DNA of 59,278 nucleotides, counting the filler, from Alloascoidea hylecoeti (taxonomy: Eukaryota), in assembly GCA_001600815.1 (NCBI GenBank). It is 39 parts of 39 records of this genome, joined end to end, with 100 filler letters (N's around TTAATTAATTAA, not from the genome) between each part and the next. Parts side by side here need not be neighbours in the genome. Positions count along the whole stretch, not along the records: positions 1 to 1,880 come from BCKZ01000093.1; positions 1,981 to 3,830 come from BCKZ01000094.1; positions 3,931 to 5,755 come from BCKZ01000095.1; positions 5,856 to 7,669 come from BCKZ01000096.1; positions 7,770 to 9,554 come from BCKZ01000097.1; 34 more parts are not named here. One strand, 5' to 3'. Both the position numbers and the translations under genes were made by a program. Numbering within the stretch: the first letter of the stretch is position 1; each line of letters begins with the position of its first letter. Below, one piece after another: positions 1-9,654 of the stretch. The notes beneath the pieces are model-generated. The model was not told the origin of the DNA. It worked only from the letters and a program-made list of their open reading frames with translations, and did no database searches.

Positions 1-95
1 CCCGGCTATGAAAGCCTATATAAATAGTAAGTAGTTTCCTCTTTTTATAAGATAAGTTATTTTCACTTCAGCTAAATTATCGCTATATCCTTACA

Positions 96-108
96 TGGGG
101 GCCGAGCT
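96..108 (+). promoter_or_regulatory. Primer binding site, probably tRNA-Pro
   Basis: TGGGGGCCGAGCT directly after the LTR-terminal CA; nearly complementary to the yeast tRNA-Pro 3' end (...AGCTCGCCCCCCA, recalled from S. cerevisiae). Confidence 0.7.
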
Positions 109-145
109 TATTATTGATCCTAATACTGCTACACAAAAGATAATT

Positions 146-1756
146 ATGACCACTAAACTATCTGCTACACAAAAAAACCTTCAGAAAGAGTATTTTACTC
201 ACTCTTCTACACTCGAAGGATGGTCATTATCCACGCCACTACAACAGCGTCCCAAATTATTGATGTCCATCAAGAAATTCATCTTAGAATTACCTCCGGA
301 CCCTGACTATTTCATTGCTGCTAGTGTCGTGTGTCATCAATGTGAAGAAGACAATGTTTTCACAGATTACACATNCATTAAAGATTCTATTAAATCAAGA
401 CANGATTTCTTAGATTATTTCTTCTNCAAAGGAACGAAAGATACTGAACAAACTATCTTCCAAATGCAATTATTCAATCAATTGCTCAACACTAGATTTA
501 TTAAATCTATACAAGAATTTAGAACTTTGATCAACTGGTTGAAACGTTCTTTACCTGGTTTAAATTTGTTATCCAGAAGAGTAGTCTCTATGGCTCTTTT
601 CCAAAGCAAATGCTTTAAGAATTTAGAAAAGATCCATATGTTTCTACTTAGAGACATAACTGCTAATAAAACAATGGAATCCAATTCCGTTTCAAATCTC
701 ATCGTGGATATTTGCAGTTTACAACAAGAGGAATATCCGTTTTTACAGTCAAAATCCACAAAAAACTTAAAAGTCGACAAGTTAACTAGGAGATCAATTT
801 TCATACCAACAGTTACCACAATCACATCCCAAGGTTTAATTGAACTTTTAACAACTCATGTGTTTGCTAATCATGGGATTCCCACTATTTTGCAGTCAGA
901 TAACGGAAGACAAATGGCTAGTAAGAATTTTCGCCATTTTTGTAAAAGTTGGAACATAGAGTTAAAATTAGGAGTACCTTTTCACCAGGCCTCAAATGGT
1001 GTTGTAGAGAGACACAATGCTCTCATTGAAGACTATCTCAAAATGTTTGTCCATGATAATAAGGACTGGTTGAGTTTATTACCATTTGGACAACTTAGTA
1101 TCAATAGTCAACCACATACTTCGCTAAAAAATTTGTCTCCTTTTCAAGCAGATATAAGTTACAGTCCTTCCACTCCTACAACTTTACATCATGAGACAGA
1201 ATTATCTTCTAAGGAAATGTTGCCAAAAATTAGAGCAGCTATCCAAGAAATGGGTGATAGATATAAACGAAGTTACGATTCAAAACATAGAGCTGTTGAA
1301 TATGAAGTTGATGACAATGTTTTCATTGATTTACGTGTTTTACCTTCAATCCCTGATGTGGAGATTAAACAATTAGCTCATAAACTTCGCCCGTCGTTTA
1401 TAGGACCTTTTAAAATTGTTAAAAAACTTTCTGCATTGAATTATGAATTAAATTTACCAAATTCAATTAAAAGACACAAAATATTTCATATCAGCCATCT
1501 AAGATNACAAAAAAGTTTAGACTCATCTCTTCCTACTCCAGAAAATACAACTAGAGCTTATCGACTTTACAAAGACGGTAGTATGGACATGGAAATTAAA
1601 TCAATTTTAAACCATCAGAAAAAAGCGAAAGGATATTCCATCCTGGTACAATTTTTGGATGATTCGGAGAATTGGGTTCGATATTCCGATTTAAAACGTT
1701 CTGCACCTATTCTCCTTGAAGAATATATCAATCAGAATAACCTTCAGATACCGTGA
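146..1756 (+). CDS. Gag-like region fused in frame to integrase core C-terminus, GPY/F motif and chromodomain
   Basis: From 773: VDKLTRR...GIPTILQSDNG...QASNGVVERHN, FIGPFKIVKK, C-terminal EIKSILNH...YSILVQF...ENWV chromodomain-like segment. Start taken at 146 because the ATG at 95 overlaps the LTR/PBS. Confidence 0.82.
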   Translation: MTTKLSATQKNLQKEYFTHSSTLEGWSLSTPLQQRPKLLMSIKKFILELPPDPDYFIAASVVCHQCEEDNVFTDYTXIKDSIKSRXDFLDYFFXKGTKDTEQTIFQMQLFNQLLNTRFIKSIQEFRTLINWLKRSLPGLNLLSRRVVSMALFQSKCFKNLEKIHMFLLRDITANKTMESNSVSNLIVDICSLQQEEYPFLQSKSTKNLKVDKLTRRSIFIPTVTTITSQGLIELLTTHVFANHGIPTILQSDNGRQMASKNFRHFCKSWNIELKLGVPFHQASNGVVERHNALIEDYLKMFVHDNKDWLSLLPFGQLSINSQPHTSLKNLSPFQADISYSPSTPTTLHHETELSSKEMLPKIRAAIQEMGDRYKRSYDSKHRAVEYEVDDNVFIDLRVLPSIPDVEIKQLAHKLRPSFIGPFKIVKKLSALNYELNLPNSIKRHKIFHISHLRXQKSLDSSLPTPENTTRAYRLYKDGSMDMEIKSILNHQKKAKGYSILVQFLDDSENWVRYSDLKRSAPILLEEYINQNNLQIP

Positions 1757-1880
1757 TTACGAAAATTACAACTACTTGGAGGGGATGTCAGGTTCTCAGG
1801 TATCAATTGTAACTTAAAGTATAGCTACCCGGCTATGAAAGCCTATATAAATAGTAAGTAGTTTCCTCTTTTTATAAGAT

Positions 1881-1980
1881 NNNNNNNNNNNNNNNNNNNN
1901 NNNNNNNNNNNNNNNNNNNNNNNNTTAATTAATTAANNNNNNNNNNNNNNNNNNNNNNNNNNNNNNNNNNNNNNNNNNNN
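1881..1980. other. Artificial contig linker (44 N + TTAATTAATTAA + 44 N); first of 38 identical linkers
   Basis: The same 100-nt spacer with stops in all six frames recurs between all contigs; contig lengths decrease along the window. Confidence 0.99.
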
Positions 1981-2042
1981 CATGTTATAGTCTTCTGACA
2001 AATTCAGAAACCAATATTAATACTAACATATAACTTATATAG

Positions 2043-3830
2043 TGCGATAAACAGAACCCACACTGCTCACAATGTGTAAAGCTTGGATTCTCTCATCTTT
2101 GTATATACAGTAACAAACCATCAAAGGAAATTAATGTTGAGGAAACAAAAGCGCAACATCTAAATTCGTCAGAAAGGGAATTATGCTCACAAAATGCAAT
2201 ACTTAAGAATCAGATTAAGAGTAAAAGAAAAGAGTTACGACTTCTGAAAAGGTCTATAAATAACAAGAATCCACATGATATCATGGAAACAAATTTCAAA
2301 AGTGGGAACAATATAAACAATCTCGAAAGTTACGATCCTATAATGAGTTTAACTGAAAGTTTTAATTCTTTAAATATTGAAAAAGATTATACTTCACATT
2401 TTGGAGCAACAAGTAGATTGAGTGTCATGACGAAGGATCCTATATTGAGACAAATTTATTCCTCAACAAATTCCGACACCAATAATATATCATCTAATAA
2501 TAAAAAGACAACCGAACCTGACCCTCTTTATGGACCAACTGTTGAATTTCATTCAATTTTAAATCGAATAAATGAAATTATTCCCTCGGTAGATCATTGC
2601 AATATTATTGTTAAATATTATTGGCTTTACTTTGATAATATGTGGAANCNCATTGATTCTGAACCTTTTACTACAATATTTAATAGTATTAGTTCAATGA
2701 TAACTGATAATAATGGAATTACACGGTACAGGTTCAGATCTTTAGAATCCCAATTTAAAGATAATGAGTTAATCAGTCTAGCAACCTTTTTGCTTATATT
2801 AAGAATGGGATATTTGACAATGCCCTTTGTACAAAATAAAGAAACCCAAGCTAGTTGTTTAGATGAATTTTTTGAGCCATTAATAGAAAATGATGTTTCC
2901 ATTGGCCCTGAATTTATGACATTATCCCAAAGTCTTTTATCATTTATTAATACGAAAACAACAAAACATTTCTGTCTTCTATTATTACAATATTTTCTAA
3001 GTATACGATTCTATCATCTAGTTGCTCCTGAGGACGGAGATGGTTATGATTCCGAAGAAAGTTCTATTTTGTTTGGTCGAACAACCGGTTTAGCTATTGA
3101 GATGGGTATTTATAGAGACCCTGATACTTATGATCCAACTGGGGTAATATTTGAGGAAGACTTCAAATATAAATGGAGAAAAACATGGTGTTTCGTAGTT
3201 TTCGTTGATGCAATGCATGCCATAAACCTGGGAAGGCCTCTCCTTTTAGATCACGATTATACGGATACAAAACAAATACAACAATTCCATATTCACAATT
3301 CATTCCTCTATGGAAGTACTAGATCAATATCACCATACAATTTCAAAAAACTACAAGCTAATGCTCGTATGCTCAACTTGTTATATGATCAGAATAAGTA
3401 CATGGCCATTGGGGCTTCCATTTGGATGAACTTAAGAGAAAAGCCACGAAGGTCATCAGTTGAAAGTGTTATTGTTGACATGCTGGGGTCACTGAAGAAT
3501 AGATTTCCGAGATTATCAGACACATTTAAAAAATATTCCAAAGTATCCCCAAAATCTGATTTTAAATCTAATGTAAATGATACATGTACTAATAAACCAA
3601 TTAATATTGGGAATCTAAATCTGATTGATGATGATTCCTTTAAAATGAAGGTTTTATTAAATGCTCAAAGAGTGCAGCTGCTAAAAATGGAATGTATTTT
3701 ACTATTACAACTTCATATTCATTTCTATTTATTATTTTTAAATAGTGATGTTAAAACAGAACCTACTATATGCCAGCATTATCTTTTACAAGCAGAAATC
3801 TCTGCATGTTTATTATTTCATTTCACTCTC
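2043..3830 (+). CDS. Zn(II)2Cys6 fungal transcription factor, exon after an intron, partial at both ends
   Basis: Branch site TACTAAC 2021-2027 and AG 2041-2042. Then CDKQNPHCSQCVKLGFSHLCIY in frame with ORF 2283, plus middle homology region AIEMGIYRDP...WRKTW...D...AINLGRP. Confidence 0.9.
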
Positions 3831-3930
3831 NNNNNNNNNNNNNNNNNNNNNNNNNNNNNNNNNNNNNNNNNNNNTTAATTAATTAANNNNNNNNNNNNNN
3901 NNNNNNNNNNNNNNNNNNNNNNNNNNNNNN

Positions 3931-5735
3931 AAACAAAAACTATTTACCGCCAATATATAAGCTCATTCTATTAGTATATCTATTTGTGTTCAAGATAGTA
4001 ATATCATAAAAGTTAAAGTACTAACTATATTATAAATCCATATAGGTAATTCAGCATTTTTAAATTCTTCTGTTTTTTTGTTTTCTTCTGATAATAGTTC
4101 TTCATATTCGATAGTGTTTTCGTCTTTTTGAATTAATCCATGAACCTTGCTTACCTGATTATCAGAATGGGATACATTTAAATCTTTAGCTTTAGAATCA
4201 GACTGTTTATAATTTATACCAAAAGCTACTACTTTAATTATTGAGGCATAATAATAAGAACTTATTACACTACAGATTATTAGTAATATAGATATAAAAT
4301 AAAAACCACTATTTAAACTACTTATTAATATTAAGAATTTACCATAAAATCCGATTAGTGGAGGAATTCCAATAAATGAGAATAATGAAATAATTAAAGC
4401 AACAGCTAAATAACTATTTATATACATTAAATTACTAAATTGAGTTAAATGTTCTACAGGAGAATTTATAGATATTATTAATCTTCCTGAAGTATCTTTA
4501 CCTCCTTTATAAGAATCTTGTAGATATAAATCCTCACTTTTTTCTTTACCTGATCATCAAATATATAAATTTTCATCATTTATAAAATTATCAGTGTTAC
4601 CACTATAGTGTGATACCATAGCTAACTCCTCTTTATTATCCCCTTTCCCAAAGGGAAAGGGGGACTGATTTACTTTATATCTAGTATCAACTAAATAATT
4701 ACCCAATAATAAAATTATTAAGAATATATTAACATGAGTTAAAGCATATTGATATATGTAAATTAAATATGCAACGAAAGATTCTTGAGTATTTATTAAA
4801 ACTGTTAATAATAAATATCCTGCATTTAAAACTCCACTATATCCTAAGATTGTTTTGATTCTTAATTGTCCTAGTCCTCCTATACTTCCTACTATGAAAG
4901 ATAGTACTATTGAAATACTCATTATATAATATACATATATATTTAAATCACCATAAGATAAACCATTTATTATATTAAATAATAATGTTAATATACTAAC
5001 TTTTGGCATTATACTTAATCATAAGGTTATATATGTAGGTGTTGAATTATAAACTCATATTGCTCAATTGTGTAAAGGAGCTAATCCTATTTTAAACATT
5101 AATCCTAATACTATAAAAATATAACCTATATTTATATGACTATAATAATCATAAGATAATATAGAGTATAAAGCATCAAAATGTGTAACACCTGTCATAA
5201 AATATATAAAACTAGAACCCAATAGTATAAAGATAGAGGCTAAACTACCTAATAAAAAATACATTAATCCTGCTCTTGTTGAACCATATGATTTGGCTGG
5301 TGATGCTGCGATTAGATATAAACAATAACTTTGTAACTCTATGTTTATAAATAAACTGATCAAATCATTTGTCATAATCAATAATATTAATCCTATTATA
5401 TTAAATAATATTAATAGACCATATTCTTTGGTTCTAACTTCTACACTTACAAAGTGACTTCCTGCTATTAGATTTAAACAACTTACAGATAACATTAATA
5501 CACCTAAAACTAATATTAAGATTTCTATTATTTTACTTAAATTTGTTACTTTATAATAATCACTATATATTGATAATCCGCTACTTATTCCTTCTATGTT
5601 TAACATAGTTAGATTTATAATTATCCCATATATAAGACTTATTACTACCATACGACTGATATATTTATTTACCTCGTAATCTCCTTTGCATAATGTTGAA
5701 TAAAAAACAATGATTAATAAACTTATTAATAACAT
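3931..5735 (-). CDS. nad2: Mitochondrial NADH dehydrogenase subunit 2 (TGA=Trp), 3' end at contig edge
   Basis: ORFs 5064-5735, 4557-5009 and 3990-4427 are one frame broken only by TGA. Motifs FINIELQSY, FKIGLAPLHNW, FSFIGIPPLIGFYGK. Confidence 0.96.
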
Positions 5736-5855
5736 ATTTGAAATTTCTTTTTTTTNNNNNNNNNNNNNNNNNNNNNNNNNNNNNNNNNNNNNNNNNNNNT
5801 TAATTAATTAANNNNNNNNNNNNNNNNNNNNNNNNNNNNNNNNNNNNNNNNNNNN

Positions 5856-6589
5856 ACAAAATCTGCTCCTAATTCTTTTAATTCAGTATGGTTTTTCTTC
5901 GACGCTGTTGCAATAACTTTCCATCCAATAAGTTTACCAAATTGAATTGCAATCTGTCCTGTTGAAGTAGCACCACCCCAAACCAATAAATATTTCTCTG
6001 ATTCCTCCGGTTTGTTTTTACTTAATCCAAATGTTCCTCCCATATTATGGAATAAACTAATGATAATAGTTACTAAAGAAACTCCTAATGTAGAAGCACC
6101 TTCGAAAGTAGTCGGAACACCTCTTGGAATCTCATCAGATTCTGATCTCTTCAAACTATCCAATTTAAAAAATGTGTGGGATTTAACAGCACTATATTGT
6201 GCAAAAGATCCAGTATGTGGTCCAGCTTTATTCGACCCATGTACTAAACCTACCCCAGCATCCCCAACCGAGATATTAGTAACTTCAGAACCAACTTTAA
6301 CTACAGTACCTGCTAAATCACATCCTGCGATGGCACCAGGTCCAGTTAACCCAAAAAAGAGATGTTTCCAGTCTGTGGGGTTAATTGCAGCAGCTTCGAT
6401 CTTAACAAGGATTTCATTTGGTTTAATGGAAGGGATCGGTACCTCCTTAATGATGAGGGAATCTGTTCCTGTAACTGCGGCTGTTTGTTTTAATGGAATC
6501 GACATTTGAGTATATTGACGGATATTTGATATTCGATTGAAGGTTGATTTAAAAAGAAGATTTGAGACGAAAGTTGATCTTTTAAACAT
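5856..6589 (-). CDS. MDR-superfamily enoyl-reductase-like oxidoreductase (YCR102C/YLR460C type), 3' partial
   Basis: AAAINPTDWKH, GCDLAGTV, LVWGGATSTGQIAIQ, VIATASKKN...LKELGAD. Confidence 0.9.
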
Positions 6590-7769
6590 TTATAATATTA
6601 ATGAAGAATTTGTGGGTTAGATGAATTTATTGATTATAAGGTTATGACATCATCTGAACTTGCATATGCTTATTAATTATAAATTTATAATCCAAACTTT
6701 CCAAAGAAGCGATGTTTGAGCAACCACACGGAAATAGTGTAGTAGGTTAATAATATTGGTTCTTTATAATTACATGAATTCATTGTAATTTAGTGAAACA
6801 ATTATTAACAATTGAATTTAGCCAGATAATTCAAAGAAGGTGATTCTAATTGCAATAGAATAATGACATCAGATGCTGACAATCCGGGTATAATTACTAC
6901 AAACTTTCAACAGAAACTCCAACTCATTCATATAAATATTCTCAGGTACTTAAGTTAGACATAGTACAATAAAGAAATTACAAAGCGGATAAATTTTGCG
7001 AAATAATCTCTGAAGTCTTAGATATCTATTTGAGTTTATATTTTTGCACTCTGGGTGAGCTGATTTCGTAGCTCCACAGGACATCTTTCTTTTTCTGTTT
7101 CATACGTTATAAGTCAAGCTCTTTAAAAAATACTAATAATTATCGATTTGCATGCTTCCGTTTCTCCACTTGCTTTAATATATCTGGTTCACCTCTGTAA
7201 TCTGTTTTGGGAACTTTGTAATCTAATAGCTAGCGTGTGTGTATTGTAAAATATATTATATTGTTGTGGAAAGTCGTACACGAACGTTGGAAACCAACAT
7301 TTCACAGTGTATATTTTCATGTATTATAGTCAAATATTGTGGTATTACACTTATTATGGTTTTAGGTATTTAGTAGGTATTTAATGGCTATTTATTTGAT
7401 CTTAGTAGATATTTTAGCTGATATGTGAAAGTGTTTTTGCGTATTTGGAGTATGCCAGAAAATGTAAATTGGCTGGACAAATTCTCTCAGAGATAAATAT
7501 TTTTCTACTGTGAAGTAACCTAAATAAATCTTACATAATATGGAATGGAGAATCTTTGTCATTGTGATTGATTTGTAACAATTGGTTGAGCATTTTTAAC
7601 AAATTCAGCAACTTCTGGATTAGAAACCTTATCAGGTCCCAAAAAATAGAATGGATCACCAGACGAAAANNNNNNNNNNNNNNNNNNNNNNNNNNNNNNN
7701 NNNNNNNNNNNNNTTAATTAATTAANNNNNNNNNNNNNNNNNNNNNNNNNNNNNNNNNNNNNNNNNNNN

Positions 7770-8084
7770 ATGGGCAGTATTACTAATATTGCTCAAGATA
7801 TCTATGCTGGACATTTACTCTATTATACTTATCAATTTTCTAATGCAGTTATCGCCAAAGTTCTTAGTCCCTCAGGAAAACTACAGTTCGGAGAAGCAGT
7901 TGGTTCTCTTTCGGGAATGGCATTTGCTTTTTCTCTTCAGCTTCTCGGTCTTGTGATGTATATTCCAGATGTTGTAGCTTGTCTTGCTGGATCTCCTGGA
8001 AGTTGCCTTTTCCTTGCAACAGCTGTTGCTAAAGCTGTAATGAAAATAGTGCTTAGAATTATTGCCAAACGTCTTGGTTTCTGA
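7770..8084 (+). CDS. C-terminal part of an unknown hydrophobic protein; a second convergent copy ends at 9483-9554
   Basis: 104-codon open frame from the contig edge; 8013-8110 recurs inverted at 9457-9554. Confidence 0.6.
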   Translation: MGSITNIAQDIYAGHLLYYTYQFSNAVIAKVLSPSGKLQFGEAVGSLSGMAFAFSLQLLGLVMYIPDVVACLAGSPGSCLFLATAVAKAVMKIVLRIIAKRLGF

Positions 8085-8104
8085 TTTTTTATTACTAGAT
8101 GAAT

Positions 8105-8400
8105 TAGCTTACTGGAGAATAAATTTTGGCGTTCTATATGCACATACACCTTAGAAATTGAATTTATAATCTTCTTAAGCTTTAAATATTTTAGCTTATT
8201 ATACCCTTTCTAAATAATAAATTTTGGGGTTCTATAGGTATCATAGAAATTGAATTTACAATCCTCTTAAGCTTCAAACGTCTTAGTTTCGGGTTTCCCA
8301 TTGCTAGATGTTTTAGCTTATTGTATACTTACTGGAGAATAAATCGGCGTTTTATATGCATATATACCTTAGAAATTTACAATCTTCTTAAGCTTCAAGC
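8105..8400 (+). repeat. About three degenerate ~100-bp tandem units in the 3' flank
   Basis: Recurrent AATAAATTTTGG(C/G)GTTCTATA...TAGAAATTGAATTTA(T/C)AATC.TCTTAAGCTT.AA. Confidence 0.7.
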
Positions 8401-9456
8401 ATGTTTATTCTATATATGACTAGTATTATTATGTATTCTAATTTGATATTTATTTTATGACTTAAATTTATTTGTTAAAAAATATGTCTTCCAATGACGA
8501 TAGTGATTTTTTTTTATTAGAAATACATTCAGAAATGCTACGCGTAACTGAAAATTAACAATCTTTTCCCGCGAGAAATTTTAGTCACCAAGAATATGCA
8601 AGCATGCAGCTAAAAATGCCAGAGCCGGAAGTATCGTAGCTGTATATTTAACACACACATCTAGGTAAGGTAAGTTGAATTGGTGTTATGAACATTCGAT
8701 GCTGTGGTACTACTGTATGGTTAGTTCACTTTCATTACTATTATTATTATTATTTTCTATTGGTGTGAGGGTAATGGAATAGATTCCAATTGGCAGGTTT
8801 ACAGAATCTACTTAAAACAAAAAATACATACCGTTATTTAGAATATGATTCATTACTAAATCAGAAGTGAGGGTGTACAATCATATATACTAGTGATCTA
8901 AATACAGTGCTGATATTTCCCGAATGTGCTCCAATATCTCATCTTCGTGAAATCCCGAAGTTTCTTTTCTTTTTTTTCTTGTAATATTAAACTCCTTCAT
9001 TGGAGAAGTATTTAACCTACCTTAGGGAAAATCTGGGAACGAGGAGGACCCTTATAGTCGTGTTAAGGGATACTTTAGGGTTCAACCTCAGGTGAATAAT
9101 GACGTTTTCTAATCTCAAAAATCGATTATCTTTTTCCTGTTTTGAATTAAGGTTGTCTTTTTGGTATGTATTGAGTGGTGAGTAGTGGCATTTCTCTAGG
9201 TGTATTTTCTGTTATCGAGGAAGTCTCATAGGTTATAAGAAAAGGATACATAAGATAATTTAAGACCGTAAGTGCAAGACATATCTTGTTTTTAAAACAC
9301 TAATAAATAAAACTCATAAAATATTTATCAAATTAGAAATAACATTGAAAACACCACACATTTTTATTACACAAGCTTAATTTTTAAGAATATTATAAAT
9401 TTGTTTTCATTAGTATCTAAATAACTCTAGAATTTCTTCTATAGTAAGTGTATAAC

Positions 9457-9554
9457 AAGCTAATTCATCTAGTAATAAAAAATCAGAAACCAAGACGTTT
9501 GGCAATAATTCTAAGCACTATTTTCATTACAGCTTTAGCAACAGCTGTTGCAAG
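9457..9554 (-). repeat. Inverted copy of 8013-8110 (3' end and 3'UTR of the second, tail-to-tail gene copy)
   Basis: Near-perfect reverse complement, differing in a T-run length. Confidence 0.93.
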
Positions 9555-9654
9555 NNNNNNNNNNNNNNNNNNNNNNNNNNNNNNNNNNNNNNNNNNNNTT
9601 AATTAATTAANNNNNNNNNNNNNNNNNNNNNNNNNNNNNNNNNNNNNNNNNNNN

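Larger units (their letters stand above)
1..1880 (+). mobile_element. Ty3/gypsy chromovirus-type LTR retrotransposon, internally deleted (non-autonomous) copy
   Basis: 1-53 is identical to 1828-1880. LTR reconstructs to 137 bp (TGTCAGG at 1786 ... CCTTACA ending at 95). PBS at 96-108, PPT GGAGGGGA at 1778-1785, integrase ORF between. Confidence 0.92.

Noticed and set aside
3931..5735. nad, cox3, rps3 and RT genes as pseudogenes or NUMTs because the ORF track splits them
   Set aside because: The breaks checked are TGA at Trp-compatible positions and frames are continuous under the mold mitochondrial code.
7550..7669. Minus-strand fragment GDPFYFLG...PEVAEFVKNAQPIV as a tandem enoyl reductase paralog
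   Set aside because: Too short and quickly terminated; the resemblance cannot be established by eye.
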